A stretch of DNA of 64,000 nt from Anaeramoeba ignava BMAN (GCA_028826165.1 JAPDFW010000116.1:62001-126000), one strand, 5' to 3'; counted from the stretch's first letter, positions 11,901 to 24,942 are shown. Made by a program: numbers and translations. Notes: a model not told the origin generated them from the letters alone.

Positions 11901-14549
11901 AATTCAAAAGGATCTTGCAGCCCTCTTCAGGCGGGCCTTTGAAATAGGGCCATGTCTTATCACAAAGCACACCGTAATGATGAACAAAACGGTCGAATTC
12001 CTGTCGAAACGCAAAACCTGCTCTTCTGACTCTGACGTTTTCAAGAAGACCCAAGTATCTTACTTGATGGGTCACTAGCTCAGTGTCTGATGTGCATGGT
12101 TTCTTGTTGGGATTGGGTCGGATGCAACGGATGTAACTTGGTACGCATTTCATCAGATTTTCAACCAATTCACTTGCGTTTTCTCTCACTTTTGTTCCAG
12201 TTGAAGTTGGTCTTTTTTTATTATCAGTTGATATTTTTTCTGGGAAGAGAGAAACAAGAAACCCAAACTCACTTGATTGCGCCAGTTGTATCAAATCATT
12301 GAACAAAGTGTCAGTGTTTTTCTCGCAAAAACCAAGAGCTTCATATTCCACTTCGCCTGCATAATGGTGGATCGAGAACCGAGTGCTTGATTGCATTGAC
12401 CGCATGTACCGTTGATGTCCGTTGAGTTGCTCGTCAAGCTTCGCTAGCAGTTTCTCGTCTTGGCTTTGGATCTGGCTCTGAGGCATCAAGCATACATCGT
12501 TCAATATTGTTATGATTCCCGGCGGTTTTTTCCCTTCAATTAAATCACAACATATTTTGTTGTCAAAATAATCAATCGGTTCCCATTTGATTCCCTCTTT
12601 GACATATTCCTCCTGCTCCATTTTCAATGTTAATTCAATGAAGATTTGCTGCAGTTTCTCGTTGACAAAATTAATGCAAAACTGTTCGAACCCGTTATTT
12701 TTGAAAATTTCAAACCCGAAAATATCCAGAATGCCAAGAACTAAAACACTTTGTGTTTCCCCCAATGACTTATTAACACAATCCACGATGTGGTCAAACA
12801 TTCGTGTGTAGATAGCCTTTGCAAGGGCGTCTCTTGAGAAATACGCTTGATCAACATTTTGAGGAACATTATAAGTGGTTCCTCTTCTTGAGGTTGACAT
12901 TCCAGTTTGGATTGTTCGGAAAGTGAGAGCATAAGATAATGCCATTGGATCCACTCCGAGCAAGCCTGCAGTCCAAGAGAGTTGGTTTTCATCCTGTACT
13001 TTTGAATTTCCGTTATCATCAGGATAAAACGTGATATTTCCCAAATGAAGAATTGCTGCGACTGTTCGAAATAGGTCATTTTGTTCATCCTCATTTAGTC
13101 CGATATCCGTCATTGATTGTCTTGTTAAATTGTATTCTTTTGTTTCATCCATTCCGTCTGTCTGTGGTTTTTGTCCTTGGTTTGTGTAGAAGAAATCATC
13201 TGGTGATGTTATTCCGTAGTATTCTCGTACATCTTTTGGTGCTCCCATTGTGAGTTGATAAAATATATGGAATGTTCTTTCTCCTAGTTGTTGATATACT
13301 ACTCGTGATTTTTCTAGTAAGTAATTTCGTACTCTTCCTCCTTCTGGTGATCCGAATTCATTGAATTGAATTTCCAAGTATTTTCCCTAATTTTAAAAAA
13401 AAATTCAATTAAAATTTAATAAAAAAATAAAATAATAATAAAAATTTAAATCAATAAAATTTTAAATAAATTAAAATTTAAATCAATTAAAATTTTAAAT
13501 CAATAAAATTTTAAATAAAAATAATTTAAATTTTTTGCTTACAAATCGACTTGAATTGTTGTTTTGTAATGTTGTTGCATTTCCAAATGATTCTAAAATT
13601 TGATTACTTTGTAAAATGACTTTTTTTACTTTTTCTATTCCTGGTCCTCCTCCTGAAACTGCTGAAATATATTGCATAACTAATTTAGCTGATTCTGTTT
13701 TTCCTGCTCCACTCTCACCTCTAATTTATTTAATTTAGATTTAATTTTTAATTTTGATTTTAAATTTTTAATTTTGATTTAATTTTTAATATTATTTTTA
13801 ATTTTAATTTTATTTTTAATTTTAATTTGATTTAATTTTAATTCTATTTTTAATTTTGATTAGTTGAATTTCCTTGTTCTCAAAAAAAGAAAAATAAAGA
13901 AAAAAAAAATAAAATTAAATAAATTACGTGATAATAATAGCTTGACTTTGTTTTCTTGAAGTTAAATCATGATAAACTCTATCAGCTAAAGAATAGATAT
14001 GAGGAGCTAATTCATGTGAATATTTTCCTCTATATTCTTTAATCTTCTCATCTGAATACATTCCATCAATTTTTCTGTAAGGATTAACTGCAACAAGTAC
14101 AAAACCAATATAAGTCTAATTACCATTCCAAAATTTAATTTAAATTTAATAAACAAAAAATAAATAAATAAACAAACAAACAAACAAACAAACAAACAAA
14201 CAAACAAACAAATAAACAAATAAACAAATAAAAAATATATTAATATTAATTAATTAAAAAATATTTCAATTTAAATTAAAATGTTATTCTCAATTCATTT
14301 TGAATCAAAATAAACCAAAAAAAATGTCAAAAATAATTGAAATTCCAAAATGAAAAAAAAAAAGCAAAAAAAAATAAATAAAATAAAAAAAAAATTTTTT
14401 TAATTTTAAATTCTAATTTTTACATAAATAATTTCTGCTTGTAATCTTTTTTTTAAATTTTCAACAATTTGAGATTCCGTTATTTTCGTTAAAAGGACTA
14501 AATCATCAACTCCAACTCGATTTGCTGTTGATTCCCAAGTAAATCCCAT
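8983..14549 (-). CDS. MYO1: Long-tailed class I myosin (motor, IQ, TH1, Pro/Gly/Arg-rich TH2, SH3); exons 14549-14424, 14115-13928, 13720-13543, 13386-10674, 9200-8983
   Basis: [30 protein letters not shown]-loop, [39 protein letters not shown] and GKTKVFI motifs. Last exon encodes an SH3 domain ([35 protein letters not shown]). Confidence 0.95.
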
Positions 14550-14769
14550 TTTATCTAAAAAGTAAAAAAAATTAAAAAAAATTAAAAAAAGAAAAAAAAG
14601 AAAAAAAAAGAAAAAAAGAAGAAAAATGAAATTGTTTTTTTTATTAAAAATTATTTTTTTTTTTGCTTTTTTTATTTACCAAATCAAAAAAAATAAAAAT
14701 AAAAAATATAAAAAATAAAAAAAAGGGAAAATCAATTCTTCTTTTTTTTTAACAATTTATCTTTCCATA

Positions 14770-16620
14770 AACCCAATTACAACACAATCCAAAACAATTT
14801 AATAATCAATTTCAAATCCATATTTAAAAATAATCCAAAAAAATTTAAATCAATTTCAAATCCATATTTAAAAATAATCCAAAACAATTTAATCAATTTA
14901 ATATTTAAAATCAATTTCAATTTAATATTTAAAATCAATATCAAATTAATATTTAAAATCAATTTAATATTTAAAATCAATTTCAATTTAATATTTAAAA
15001 TCAATTTAATATTTAAAATCAATTTCAAATCAATATTTAAAATCAATATCAATTTAATATTTAAAATTAAATCAATATTTAAAATCAATTTCAATTTAAT
15101 ATTTAAAAATAATCCAAAAAAATTTAAATCAATTTAATATTTAAAATCAATGTCAAATTAATATTTAAAATCAATTTCAATTTAATATTTAAAATCAATT
15201 TCAATTTAATATTTAAAATCAATTTCAATTTAATATTTAAAAATAATCCAAAAAATTTAATCAATTTAATATTTAAAATCAATTTCAAATCAATATTTAA
15301 AAATAATTTCAAATCCATATTTAAAATCAATGTCAAATTAATATTTAAAATCAATATTTAAAAATAATTTCAATTTAATATTTAAAAATAATCCAAAAAA
15401 TTTAATCAATTTAATATTTTAAAATCAATTTAAATTTAATATTTAATATTTAAAAATCAATTTAATATTTAAAAATAATTTCAAATCAATATTTAAAATC
15501 AATTTCAAATCCATATTTAAAATCTAATTTAATATTTAAAATCAATTTCAATTTAATATTTAAAATCAATTTCAATTTAATATTTAAAAATAATTTAAAA
15601 TCCATATTTAAAAATCAATATCAATTTAATATTTAAAATCAATTTAATATTTAAAATTAAATCAATATTTAAAAATAATTTCAATTTAATATTTAAAATT
15701 AATATCAATTTAATATTTAAAAATAATCTAAAAACAATTTAATCAAATCAATATTTAAAATCAATTTCAAATCAATATTTAAAAATAATTTCAATTTAAT
15801 ATTTAAAATCAATTTAATATTTAATATTTAAAATTAATGTCAATTTAATATTTAAAATCAATTTCAATTTAATATTTAAAAATAATCCAAAAAAATTTAA
15901 TCAATTTAATATTTAAATCAATGTCAAATTAATATTTAAAATCAATATTTAAAAATAATTTCAAATCAATATTTAAAATCAATGTCAATTTAATATTTAA
16001 AATCAATTTAATATTTAAAATCAATTTAATATTTAAAATCAATTTCAAATTAATATTTAAAATCAATATCAATTTAATATTTAAAAATAAAATCAATTTC
16101 AATTTAATATTTAAAATCAATGTCAAATCAATATTTAAAATCAATTTCAATTTAATATTTAAAAATAATCCAAAAAAATTTAATCAAATCAATTTCAATT
16201 TAATATTTAATTTCAATTTCAATTTAATATTTAAAATAATATCAATTTAATATTTAAAATCAATTTCAAATCAATATTTAAAAATAATCCAAAACAATTT
16301 AAATCAATTTAATATTTAAAATCAATTTCAAATTAATATTTAATAATCAATTTCAAATCAATATTTAAAATTAATCCAAAAAATTTAAATCAATTTAATA
16401 TTTAATATCAATTTAATATTTAAAAATAATCCAAAAAAATTTAATCAATTTAATATTTAATATTTAAAAATAATATCAATTTAATATTTAAAAATAATCC
16501 AAAAAATTTAATCAATTTAATATTTAAAATCAATATCAAATCAATATTTAAAATCAATTTCAATTTAATATTTAAAAATAATTTCAATTTAATATTTAAA
16601 ATCAATTTAATATTTAATCT
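14770..16620. repeat. Intergenic AT-rich modular minisatellite (AATCAATTTCAATTTAATATTTAA-type units)
   Basis: About 1.85 kb of shuffled 18-24-bp modules between the divergent myosin I and ferritin starts. Confidence 0.85.
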
Positions 16621-16741
16621 AAATTGAAAAAATTGTTTTTTTTTTGATCAAAAAAGAAAGAGGGATTAAAAAAATTTTTTAAAATTAATTAAAATCATTT
16701 TTTTTTTACAAATTTTTTTTTACAAATTATCAAACAAAGAA

Positions 16742-17245
16742 ATGGACGCAAAATTAGTAGAAGCAATTAGCATCCAAATCCGAGAAGAATACGACAGTGC
16801 ATTTTTATATTTAGCGATGTTAGGATGGTGTACAAGAAAAGGATATTCAGGAGCATCACATTGGCTTAAAATACAAGTTGAAGAAGAATTTTCACACGCA
16901 CTTAAATTTTACAACTATTTATCCAAAAACGGTGAAATTGCCGTTATTTTACCTCATAAACAACAACCAACTGAATTTGATGGTTTTCTTCAAATTTTTC
17001 AAGCAACTTTTAAACACGAACAATTTATTACTTCTAAAATTAATCAACTTTGTAAATTGGCTGATGAACTTAATGATAAAAAAACTAGGCAATTCCTTGT
17101 TTGGTTTGAAGATGAACAAGTTGAAGAAGAAGAAAATGCTCAAGCAAATTTGGATCTTTTTAAGAAATTTGATAATGATTTCTCAAAAGTTGATGCTGAA
17201 ATGGCTAAAAGAGTTTTGGTTTCTTCAGAAGATAAAAAGAAATAA
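16742..17245 (+). CDS. ftnA: Non-heme ferritin, prokaryotic FtnA-like, intronless
   Basis: 167 aa with ferroxidase-centre pattern QIREEYDSAFLY..EEEFSHA..HEQFIT..FLVWFEDEQVEEE, characteristic of bacterial/archaeal ferritins. Confidence 0.88.
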   Translation: MDAKLVEAISIQIREEYDSAFLYLAMLGWCTRKGYSGASHWLKIQVEEEFSHALKFYNYLSKNGEIAVILPHKQQPTEFDGFLQIFQATFKHEQFITSKINQLCKLADELNDKKTRQFLVWFEDEQVEEEENAQANLDLFKKFDNDFSKVDAEMAKRVLVSSEDKKK

Positions 17246-17331
17246 TTATCTTTTTTCTTTTTTTCTTTCTTTCTTTCTTTCTTTCTTTTCAAAAACAAAA
17301 AAATGAATTTCAAATCCAAAATTTTTTTAAA

Positions 17332-18035
17332 AAATGAAAATAGATTTAATTTAATATTTAATTTATAAATCAATTTAAAAATATAATTTAATATTTAATT
17401 TTATTATTAAAATAATAATTTATTGTTTTAGATTTAAATATTTTCTTTATTTAAATATTTAACATATAAATATAAAAAATGAGAATAGATTTAATTTAAT
17501 ATTAAAATTAAAATTAATTTAAAAATATAATTTCTAAATTAATTTTATTATTAAAATATTAATTTATTGTTTTTAGATTTAAATATTTTATTATTTAAAA
17601 ATATTTAACATATAAATATAAAAGAATAAAAATAGATTTAATTTAATATTTAATTTATAAATTAATTTAAAAATATAATTTAATATTTAATTTCATTATT
17701 AAAATAATAATTTATTGTTTTAGATTTAAATATTTTATTATTTAAATATTTAACATATAAATATAAAAATAAGAATAGATTTAATTTAATATTTAATTTA
17801 TAAATTAATTTAAAAATATAATTTAATATTTTAATTTTATTATTAAAATGATAATTTATTGTTTTAGATTTAAATATTTTATTATTTAAATATTTAACAT
17901 ATAAATATAAAAAATGAAAATAGATTTAATTTAATATTCAATTTATAAATCAATTTAAAAATATAATTTAATATTTAATTTTATTATTAAAATAATAATT
18001 TAATGTTTTAGATTTAAATATTTTATTATTTAAAA
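17332..18035. repeat. Tandem repeat of a ~145-bp unit, about 5 copies
   Basis: TAGATTTAATTTAATATT recurs at 17341, 17486, 17633, 17776 and 17921. Confidence 0.9.
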
Positions 18036-18421
18036 ATATTTTGAAAATTGATTTTTGAAATTAAAATTTTATCTTTTTTTTGAATTAAATTGAATTAATA
18101 TTAATTTGGAAATTTGTTTTAAAATTTAAATTTATTAATAATTTTTAAATTCCAAAAAAAAAATTAAATTAAAAATTAAATTAAAATAATTTTCCTTTTT
18201 TTTTTAATAATAAAAATTAATAAAAAATAATAATAATTTATTAATAAATTAATTTAAAATAATAAATTAAAAAGAAAATTAAATTAATTATTAATTTAAA
18301 TTTATTCTTATTTTTTATATTTTTATTTATTTTCAAAATCCACTTTTTATTTTTTTTTTTTAAATTTTTTTTTCATTTTTTTCCTTTTTTTTAAAAAACA
18401 AAAACAAAAACAAAAAACAAA

Positions 18422-21400
18422 ATGGATAATAATAATAATAACCAAATTCAAAATGCAAATCAAAATCAAAATGAAAATGAAATGAAAAATTTAGAAAAAA
18501 AAGTAACAAAAAATTTAATTAAAAATTATTCAAACCTTTTAAATGGAAATTCATTTAAAGATTTTTCAATTTTTGTTGAGAATAAATCAAATCCTTTTGA
18601 AATTAAAGTTCATAAATCAATTTTATCTTCAAGATCTTCTTTTTTTAATGAGTTTTTAAAGGGCAAGAATCATCTCTTTATTTCTTTAAATCAATTTAAT
18701 AAAAAGAAATGGAATCAATTTTGAGTTATATTTATTATGGAAATATTTCTTTTGAGAATCAAGAAAATCTTATTCAATTATTAGAAATTTCAATTTATTT
18801 TAAATTAAATTTATTGAAAGAAATTATTCAAAAAAAAATTTTAAATTCAATTAATTATTCAAATTTTTTCCAATTTTTATTCCAAAATCGAAATTTAAAT
18901 TCAAATGAAATTGAAATAAAATGTTTTGAATTAATAAATCAAAATTTTTCCCAAATTCAAAATAATGAGAATTTATTCAATTTAACTAAAGAAGAAATTA
19001 TCAAATTTATTCAATTTAAACAAGAAAAAAAAGAAATTTTTCAATTTGATTTTTTTCAATTTTTAAATAATTGGATTGAAAAAAGAATTGAAAAATTAAA
19101 AGGAAAGAAAGAAAAAGAAAGAGAAATTGAAAAGAAAAGATTATTTCATTCTTTTTTTTCATTATTTGATAAAGATTCAATTTCAAAACAAGATTTTGAT
19201 AAATTAAAACAATTTGATATTTTTCTTCCAAAATCTTTTTTAATTGAAAACAAAGAGAAAGAAATTGAAGAGAATCAAAAAGAAATTGAAAACAAATTTA
19301 TTCAAGAGAATCAACAAATGAAAATTGAAATTGAAGAAAAAGATAAGGAAAACCAACAAATGAAACCTATTTTTGATAAATATCAACAAAAATATCAAAA
19401 ATATTTGGAATTTGAAAAGAAATTAGAACCAATTAAAACCAATTTTCCTCAATTTTCAGAAACAAGAATTATTACAGAAGAAGAATATGCTAAGAAATTA
19501 CAAGAATGGATAAATGATAATGATTTTTTTTCTAAAATGAAAAAAGGATTTTCAACAAAAAGAGATGGATTTGATTGTGAAAATTGGCATAAAGCAGTTG
19601 ATGGGAAAGGAAAAACATTAGTTATTATCAAAACAAAAGATAATTTTATTTTTGGAGGTTTTACTCAAGTTGGATGGACAAATGATAAATCAAAATGGAG
19701 AGAAGAAGATAGAAATAGGGATGATGGATTTATTCCAGATTCAAATGCATTTATTTTTTCATTAAGAAATGATAAAGGAGATAGAAAACCAGAGAAGTTT
19801 ACAATTAGAAAAGAACAAGAAGAATATGCAATTTTTTATAATTTAGAGGTTGGTCCAACTTTTGGATGTAAATATAAATAATTTATATTTAATAAATATT
19901 TATTATTATAATTAAAATTAAATTAATAAATAATTCAAAATATTAATATAATAAATAATATCATTATTTCAATTTAAAATAAAATTAATTTTAAATTAAA
20001 TTATTATTAATTATTATTAAAATTAATTATTTATCTTTATTAAAATAGTTCGTAAATAATTTATATTTAATAAATATTTATTATTATAATTAAAATTAAA
20101 TTAATAAATAATCCAAAATATTAATATAATAAATAATATTATTATTTCAATTTAAAATAAAATAAATTTTAAATTAAATTATTATTAATTATTATTAAAA
20201 TTAATTATTTATCTTTATTAAAATAGATAGTAAATAATTATATTTAATAAATATTTATTATTATAATTAAAATTAAATTAATAAATAATCCAAAATATTA
20301 ATATAATAAATAATATTATTATTTCAATTTAAAATAAAATTAATTTTAAATTAAATTATTATTAATTATTATTAAAATTAATTATTTATCTTTATTAAAA
20401 TAGATGGTAAATAATTTATATTTAATAAATATTTATTATTTATAATTAAAATTAAATTAATAAATAATCCAAAATATTAATATAATAAATAATATTATTA
20501 TTTCAATTTAAAATAAAATTAATTTTAAATTAAATTATTATTAATTATTATTATTAAAATTAATTATTTATCTTTATTAAAATAGCTGGTAAATAATTTA
20601 TATTTAATAAATATTTATTATTTATAATTAAAATTAAATTAATAAATAATCCAAAAATATTAATATAATAAATAATATTATTATTTCAATTTAAAATAAA
20701 ATTAATTTTAAATTAAATTATTATTAATTATTATTAAAATTAATTATTTATTTTTATTAAAAATAGATAGTAAATAATTTATTATTTAATAAATATTTAT
20801 TATTATAATTAAAATTAAATTAATAAATAATCTAAAATATTAATATAATAAATAATATTATTATTTTAATTTAAAATAAAACAATTTTAAATTAAATTAT
20901 TATTAATTATTATTAAAATTAATTATTTATCTTTTATTAAAATAGTTCGTAAATAATTTATATTTAATAAATATTTATTATTATAATTAAAATTAAATTA
21001 ATAAATAATCCAAAATATTAATATAATAAATAATATTATTATTTCAATTTAAAATAAAATTAATTTTTAAATTAAATTATTATTAATTATTATTAAAATT
21101 AATTATTTATCTTTATTAAAATAGATTGTAAATAATTTATATTTAATAAATATTTATTATTATAATTAAAATTAAATTAATAAATAATCCAAAATATTAA
21201 TATAATAAATAATATTATTATTTCAATTTAAAATAAAATTAATTTTAAATTAAATTATTATTAATTATTATTCAAATTAATTATTTATCTTTATTAAAAT
21301 AGATTGTAAATAATTTATATTTAATAAATATTTATTATTATAATTAAAATTAAATTAATAAATAATCCAAAATATTAATATAATAAATAATATTATTATT

Positions 21401-21650
21401 TAAATTTAAAATAAAATTAATTTTAAATTAAATTATTATTAATTATTATTAAAATTAATTATTTATCTTTATTAAAATAATTATAGCTGATATTTTTTTC
21501 ATCTTCACTTTAGCAACTGGTTATTCAAATTTTGGTCTTAGTTATAATCTACCTAATGGAATTGAATGTGAAACAGATGAAGCTAAAAGTTATTTAGCTG
21601 GTTCTTTTAATAAATGGAAAGTTGATGAAGTTGAGACTTATTTCATTTAA
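18422..21650 (+). CDS. BTB/POZ - coiled coil - TLDc protein; large exon 18422-19867 (probable 1-nt error near 18705), up to eight 3-nt micro-exons, terminal exon 21487-21650
   Basis: BTB (FKDFSIFV..IKVHKSILSSRS.FF; ILSYIYYG). TLDc (RDGF...WHKAVDGKGKTLVIIKT..FIFGGFT; AFIFSL; GPTFG). Terminal exon reads DIFFIFTLATGYSNFGLSYNLPNG..SYLAGSFNKWKVDEVETYFI*. Confidence 0.85.
19868..21486 (+). repeat. Tandem array of nine near-identical 174-181-nt GT..AG introns separated by eight 3-nt candidate exons (TTC 20049, ATA 20227, ATG 20404, CTG 20586, ATA 20767, TTC 20946, ATT 21125, ATT 21303)
   Basis: Every junction reads ...TTTATTAAAATAG|NTN|GTAAATAATT...; the triplet is the main site of substitution between units. 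Confidence 0.9.
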
Positions 21651-22042
21651 AAACTTTTTTTTCATTTTTTTTTCAAAATTCAATTCAATTTTAATTTACT
21701 TTCAATCAAATTTAAATTCTTTAAATCAATAAATAAGAAACAAATTTAATTTTAAATAATTTAATTTAAATTTAAAAATATTATTAAAAAGAAGATTAAA
21801 TTGAAAAAAAGAAAAATCAAAAAAATAAAAAAATTGAAAACAGAAATTAATAATAATTAAATAAATAATTGTTAATAAAATATATAAAATAGAATTAATT
21901 TTAAATTTAATTATTTAATATTCTTGATTTAATTTTTGAAAAAGATTTGAAAGGAAATTTGGATTTATTTAATTATCAAATAATCAAATAATCAAATAAA
22001 AAAAAGTGGAAATAAAAAAGAAAAGAAAAGAAAAGGAAAATA

Positions 22043-22954
22043 TCAATCTCTTTTATAAGGAGATTTTCTCAAAACTTTTCTAACGCAAGAAGTAAAAGCA
22101 ATAATAAAAATAAGACTCAAGATAATCCAAACAGCGATATCACCAGGAAATTCAACAATTTTATTTGCAAAACCAGTTTTATTATCTTTTCCATATTTGG
22201 AACTAATTGAAAGCATTGCAGCAAAAACATAATAACCAGTAGTAAGTTGACCAGTTCCAAAAAGAGTTCCGAAAGCAAGTTGACCAAGAACACAAACACC
22301 TGCAGTAACTTGACCCAGAGAAACAATACCAAGTGAAAGCATTCCAAAAGAAAAAACACCCATTGAAAGAAGACCAACTGAAAAAATTCCAAAAGAAAAA
22401 AGTCCGGCAGAAAATAACGGAATTCCAAAAATTCGCAATCCACAAAAACAGCCAACAGCGTATTTGGTAACACAGGGATCCTTTGGGGTTTTGTTTTGGC
22501 GGTTGTGTTCGTAATTTTGTTGGAAATTGTTATCCAAAAATAAGTTTTGACGTTTATAAGGAGGATCTTCATATTGATGATGATTTTCAACTTCATCTTG
22601 AAAAATTGAAGGATCAAAAATTTCTTCATCTTTTTTTGCCTTTTTTGCTTTTTTTTTTTTTTTTTCTTTTTTTTCTTTTTTTAAGTCAGTAAATTTTTCC
22701 GTTGAATATGCATTTGGATTTTGTTGTTCTTGATATAATTCGGTTTCATATTGAGGCGGTTTTGGAACGTCTATATTGTAATCATATCCAAATGTTGGTT
22801 CAGGATTTCGATTTATATCTTGCATTTCATATTCTTGTGTTGGATTGTTTTGATAATATGGATTTTCGTTTGGTTGGTAATATGGATTTTCCCCGAATGT
22901 ATTGCTATCTACTGTTTGTGGTTCAATGTTTCCTTGCTGGTTATATGGATCCAT
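22043..22954 (-). CDS. Hypothetical membrane protein with Gly-periodic hydrophobic pentapeptide repeats and a C-terminal TM helix
   Basis: Intact ORF, first ATG at 22954. Acidic Tyr/Pro/Gln-rich N-terminus, then GLFSFGIFSVGLLSMGVFSFGMLSLGIVSLGQVTAG..., and WIILSLIFIIAF near the end. Confidence 0.7.
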   Translation of the reverse strand: MDPYNQQGNIEPQTVDSNTFGENPYYQPNENPYYQNNPTQEYEMQDINRNPEPTFGYDYNIDVPKPPQYETELYQEQQNPNAYSTEKFTDLKKEKKEKKKKKAKKAKKDEEIFDPSIFQDEVENHHQYEDPPYKRQNLFLDNNFQQNYEHNRQNKTPKDPCVTKYAVGCFCGLRIFGIPLFSAGLFSFGIFSVGLLSMGVFSFGMLSLGIVSLGQVTAGVCVLGQLAFGTLFGTGQLTTGYYVFAAMLSISSKYGKDNKTGFANKIVEFPGDIAVWIILSLIFIIAFTSCVRKVLRKSPYKRD

Positions 22955-23158
22955 TTCTAGTTCTTTCAAATTTTAATAAAAAAAAATAAATAAAAAACGA
23001 AAAAATGAAAAATGAAAAAATTCAAATTTAAATTTAAATTTTTTCTGATGAGTCAACATCTCTTTATTTTTGATTTTGATTTTAATTTTAATTTAGATTT
23101 TAATTTTAATTTTAATTTTTTTTTAATTTTTAAATTGATTTTAATTTTAATTTTGATT

Positions 23159-24942
23159 TTAATTATTAAATTTATTAATTAATAAATCAAATAAATTTGG
23201 ATTTGTTTGATTTAATTGAAAATAATCAATTCCTGTTTCTAATTCATCAATTATTTCTTGTGTAATTTGAATTTCATCTTTAATTTGATTTGAATAAATC
23301 CAATATTCAAATATTTGAAATGATTTATTACTTAATTCACTATAATCTGTAACTTTATTTGATTTATCATTTGTTACAGATAAAAACATTCCTCGATATA
23401 ATTCACTTCTCATTATTAATATTAATTTAGGAAATTTATATTGTTTTTCTTTTCTTTCAATTATAAAATCTTTTTCATTTTCATTTAAATAAATTCTTTT
23501 AATTGTTTCTTCAATTTTTTCATTTGAATTTATAATTTCTTTAATTTCAGAATATAATTTTGGATTTATTATTCTGTTTGAATAAATCATTTCAAATATT
23601 TGATTTGATTCTTTAATTGATTTTTTTGAAATAATTTCTTGAAGTTTTTCAATTTCATTTTGATTTAATCTGTATTTCAATATTAATTTATGAGCTTCAA
23701 TTATTTCTCCATTTTCGGTTTTAAATGAAATATTACAAAATTCTTTTCTTCTAAATAATTTTATCAAATCTTCTTCAAGATTGGAAAAAGAAGAGGAGAA
23801 TAATAAAGAAATGAATTTCTAAATCCACAAGAAATATGATAATTAGAAATATTTTCATTAAATCTTAATTTAGGAAGTTCAATTTGAATTGGAATTAATT
23901 GATCTTTTATATCTCTAATTCCTAATTGACCATGTTCATTATTTCCAAATACAATTAATTTTGAATTGGAAGTTAAAATCAAAGTATGATCATTTCCAAC
24001 AGAAAAATCAATAATATTATCATTTTCAAATAAAGATGATTTGATTTCAGTAAATTCATAAATATTTTCATATTCATTTTTGCCAAGTCCATTACATGAA
24101 TAATTTCCACATGAATAAAGTTTTCTTTTTGGATTTTGATTTTGATTTTCATTTTCAATCAACATTATTGAATGAAAATATCCAGATTGAATATCAATTA
24201 TTTTACCTTTTGGAATATTTTGTATTTTGGTTAATTTTTTGATTTTTATTTCTTCTTCTTTTTTTGATTCTCCTAATCCAAGTTGTCCAAATTGATTATA
24301 GCCGCATCCAAATAATTCTTGATTTGAATTCAAAAGAAAAACATGATTTGAAGAATTTCCTGAAAATATTTTAGAAACATTTTTCATCATTAAAATTGGT
24401 TTTTCTGTTTTTTTAAGTGTTTCAGAATCAAATCCAAGTTCACCATAATAATTAGAACCAATTCCATAAACATTTTGATTTGAAGTTAATAAATAAATTG
24501 AAAAAGCTCCAGAAACAATATCTTCAATTATTCTATCATTTGTATCTTCAATTAATGATGAAATATTGATAAATTTATTTGGATTTTTTGGATTAATATT
24601 TTTTCCTTTGGCAAATACATTTCCTTCTATTGTTAAAATAGCTTCATTATAACCACCAACAGTTACTTTTTGAATATTTTCTTCAATTTGGATTTCTTCA
24701 GGATTTTGATTTGAATATTGCTTATTTAAATATTCTATTGCTTTTCCATTTTCAAAAAGGAAAATTGTTGAAAAATAACCTGATGAAATTTGTTTAATTT
24801 GTTTTTCATTTTCATTTTCATTTTCATTTTCATTTTCATTTTCATTTTCAAATTTAAATTGAATTGGTTTTGTTATTTTATCTGGTTTATTTTTGAAAAG
24901 TTTTGGATTTTCATTTAAACCAAAAAATAAACAATCATTCAT
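23159..24942 (-). CDS. RCC1-repeat + tandem BTB protein, copy 1; split by a 1-nt deletion near 23793 (pseudogene or assembly error)
   Basis: Collinear with copies 2 and 3. The + strand reads AAGAAGAGGAG here versus AAGAAGGAGGAG in the intact copies, splitting ORFs 24942-23764 and 23767-23159. Confidence 0.85.

Noticed and set aside
10674-13386. GC-richer segment as a horizontally acquired island or contamination
   Set aside because: It is one exon of a spliced eukaryotic myosin I, continuous with AT-rich exons.
17332-18035. Second intron/micro-exon array
   Set aside because: Units contain TAG but no AG-NNN-GT junction, and they lie outside any coding region.
19868-21486. CRISPR-like array (conserved repeats with variable spacers)
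   Set aside because: Units are ~175 nt and the variable part is only 3 nt, bounded by AG/GT. The context is eukaryotic with no cas genes.
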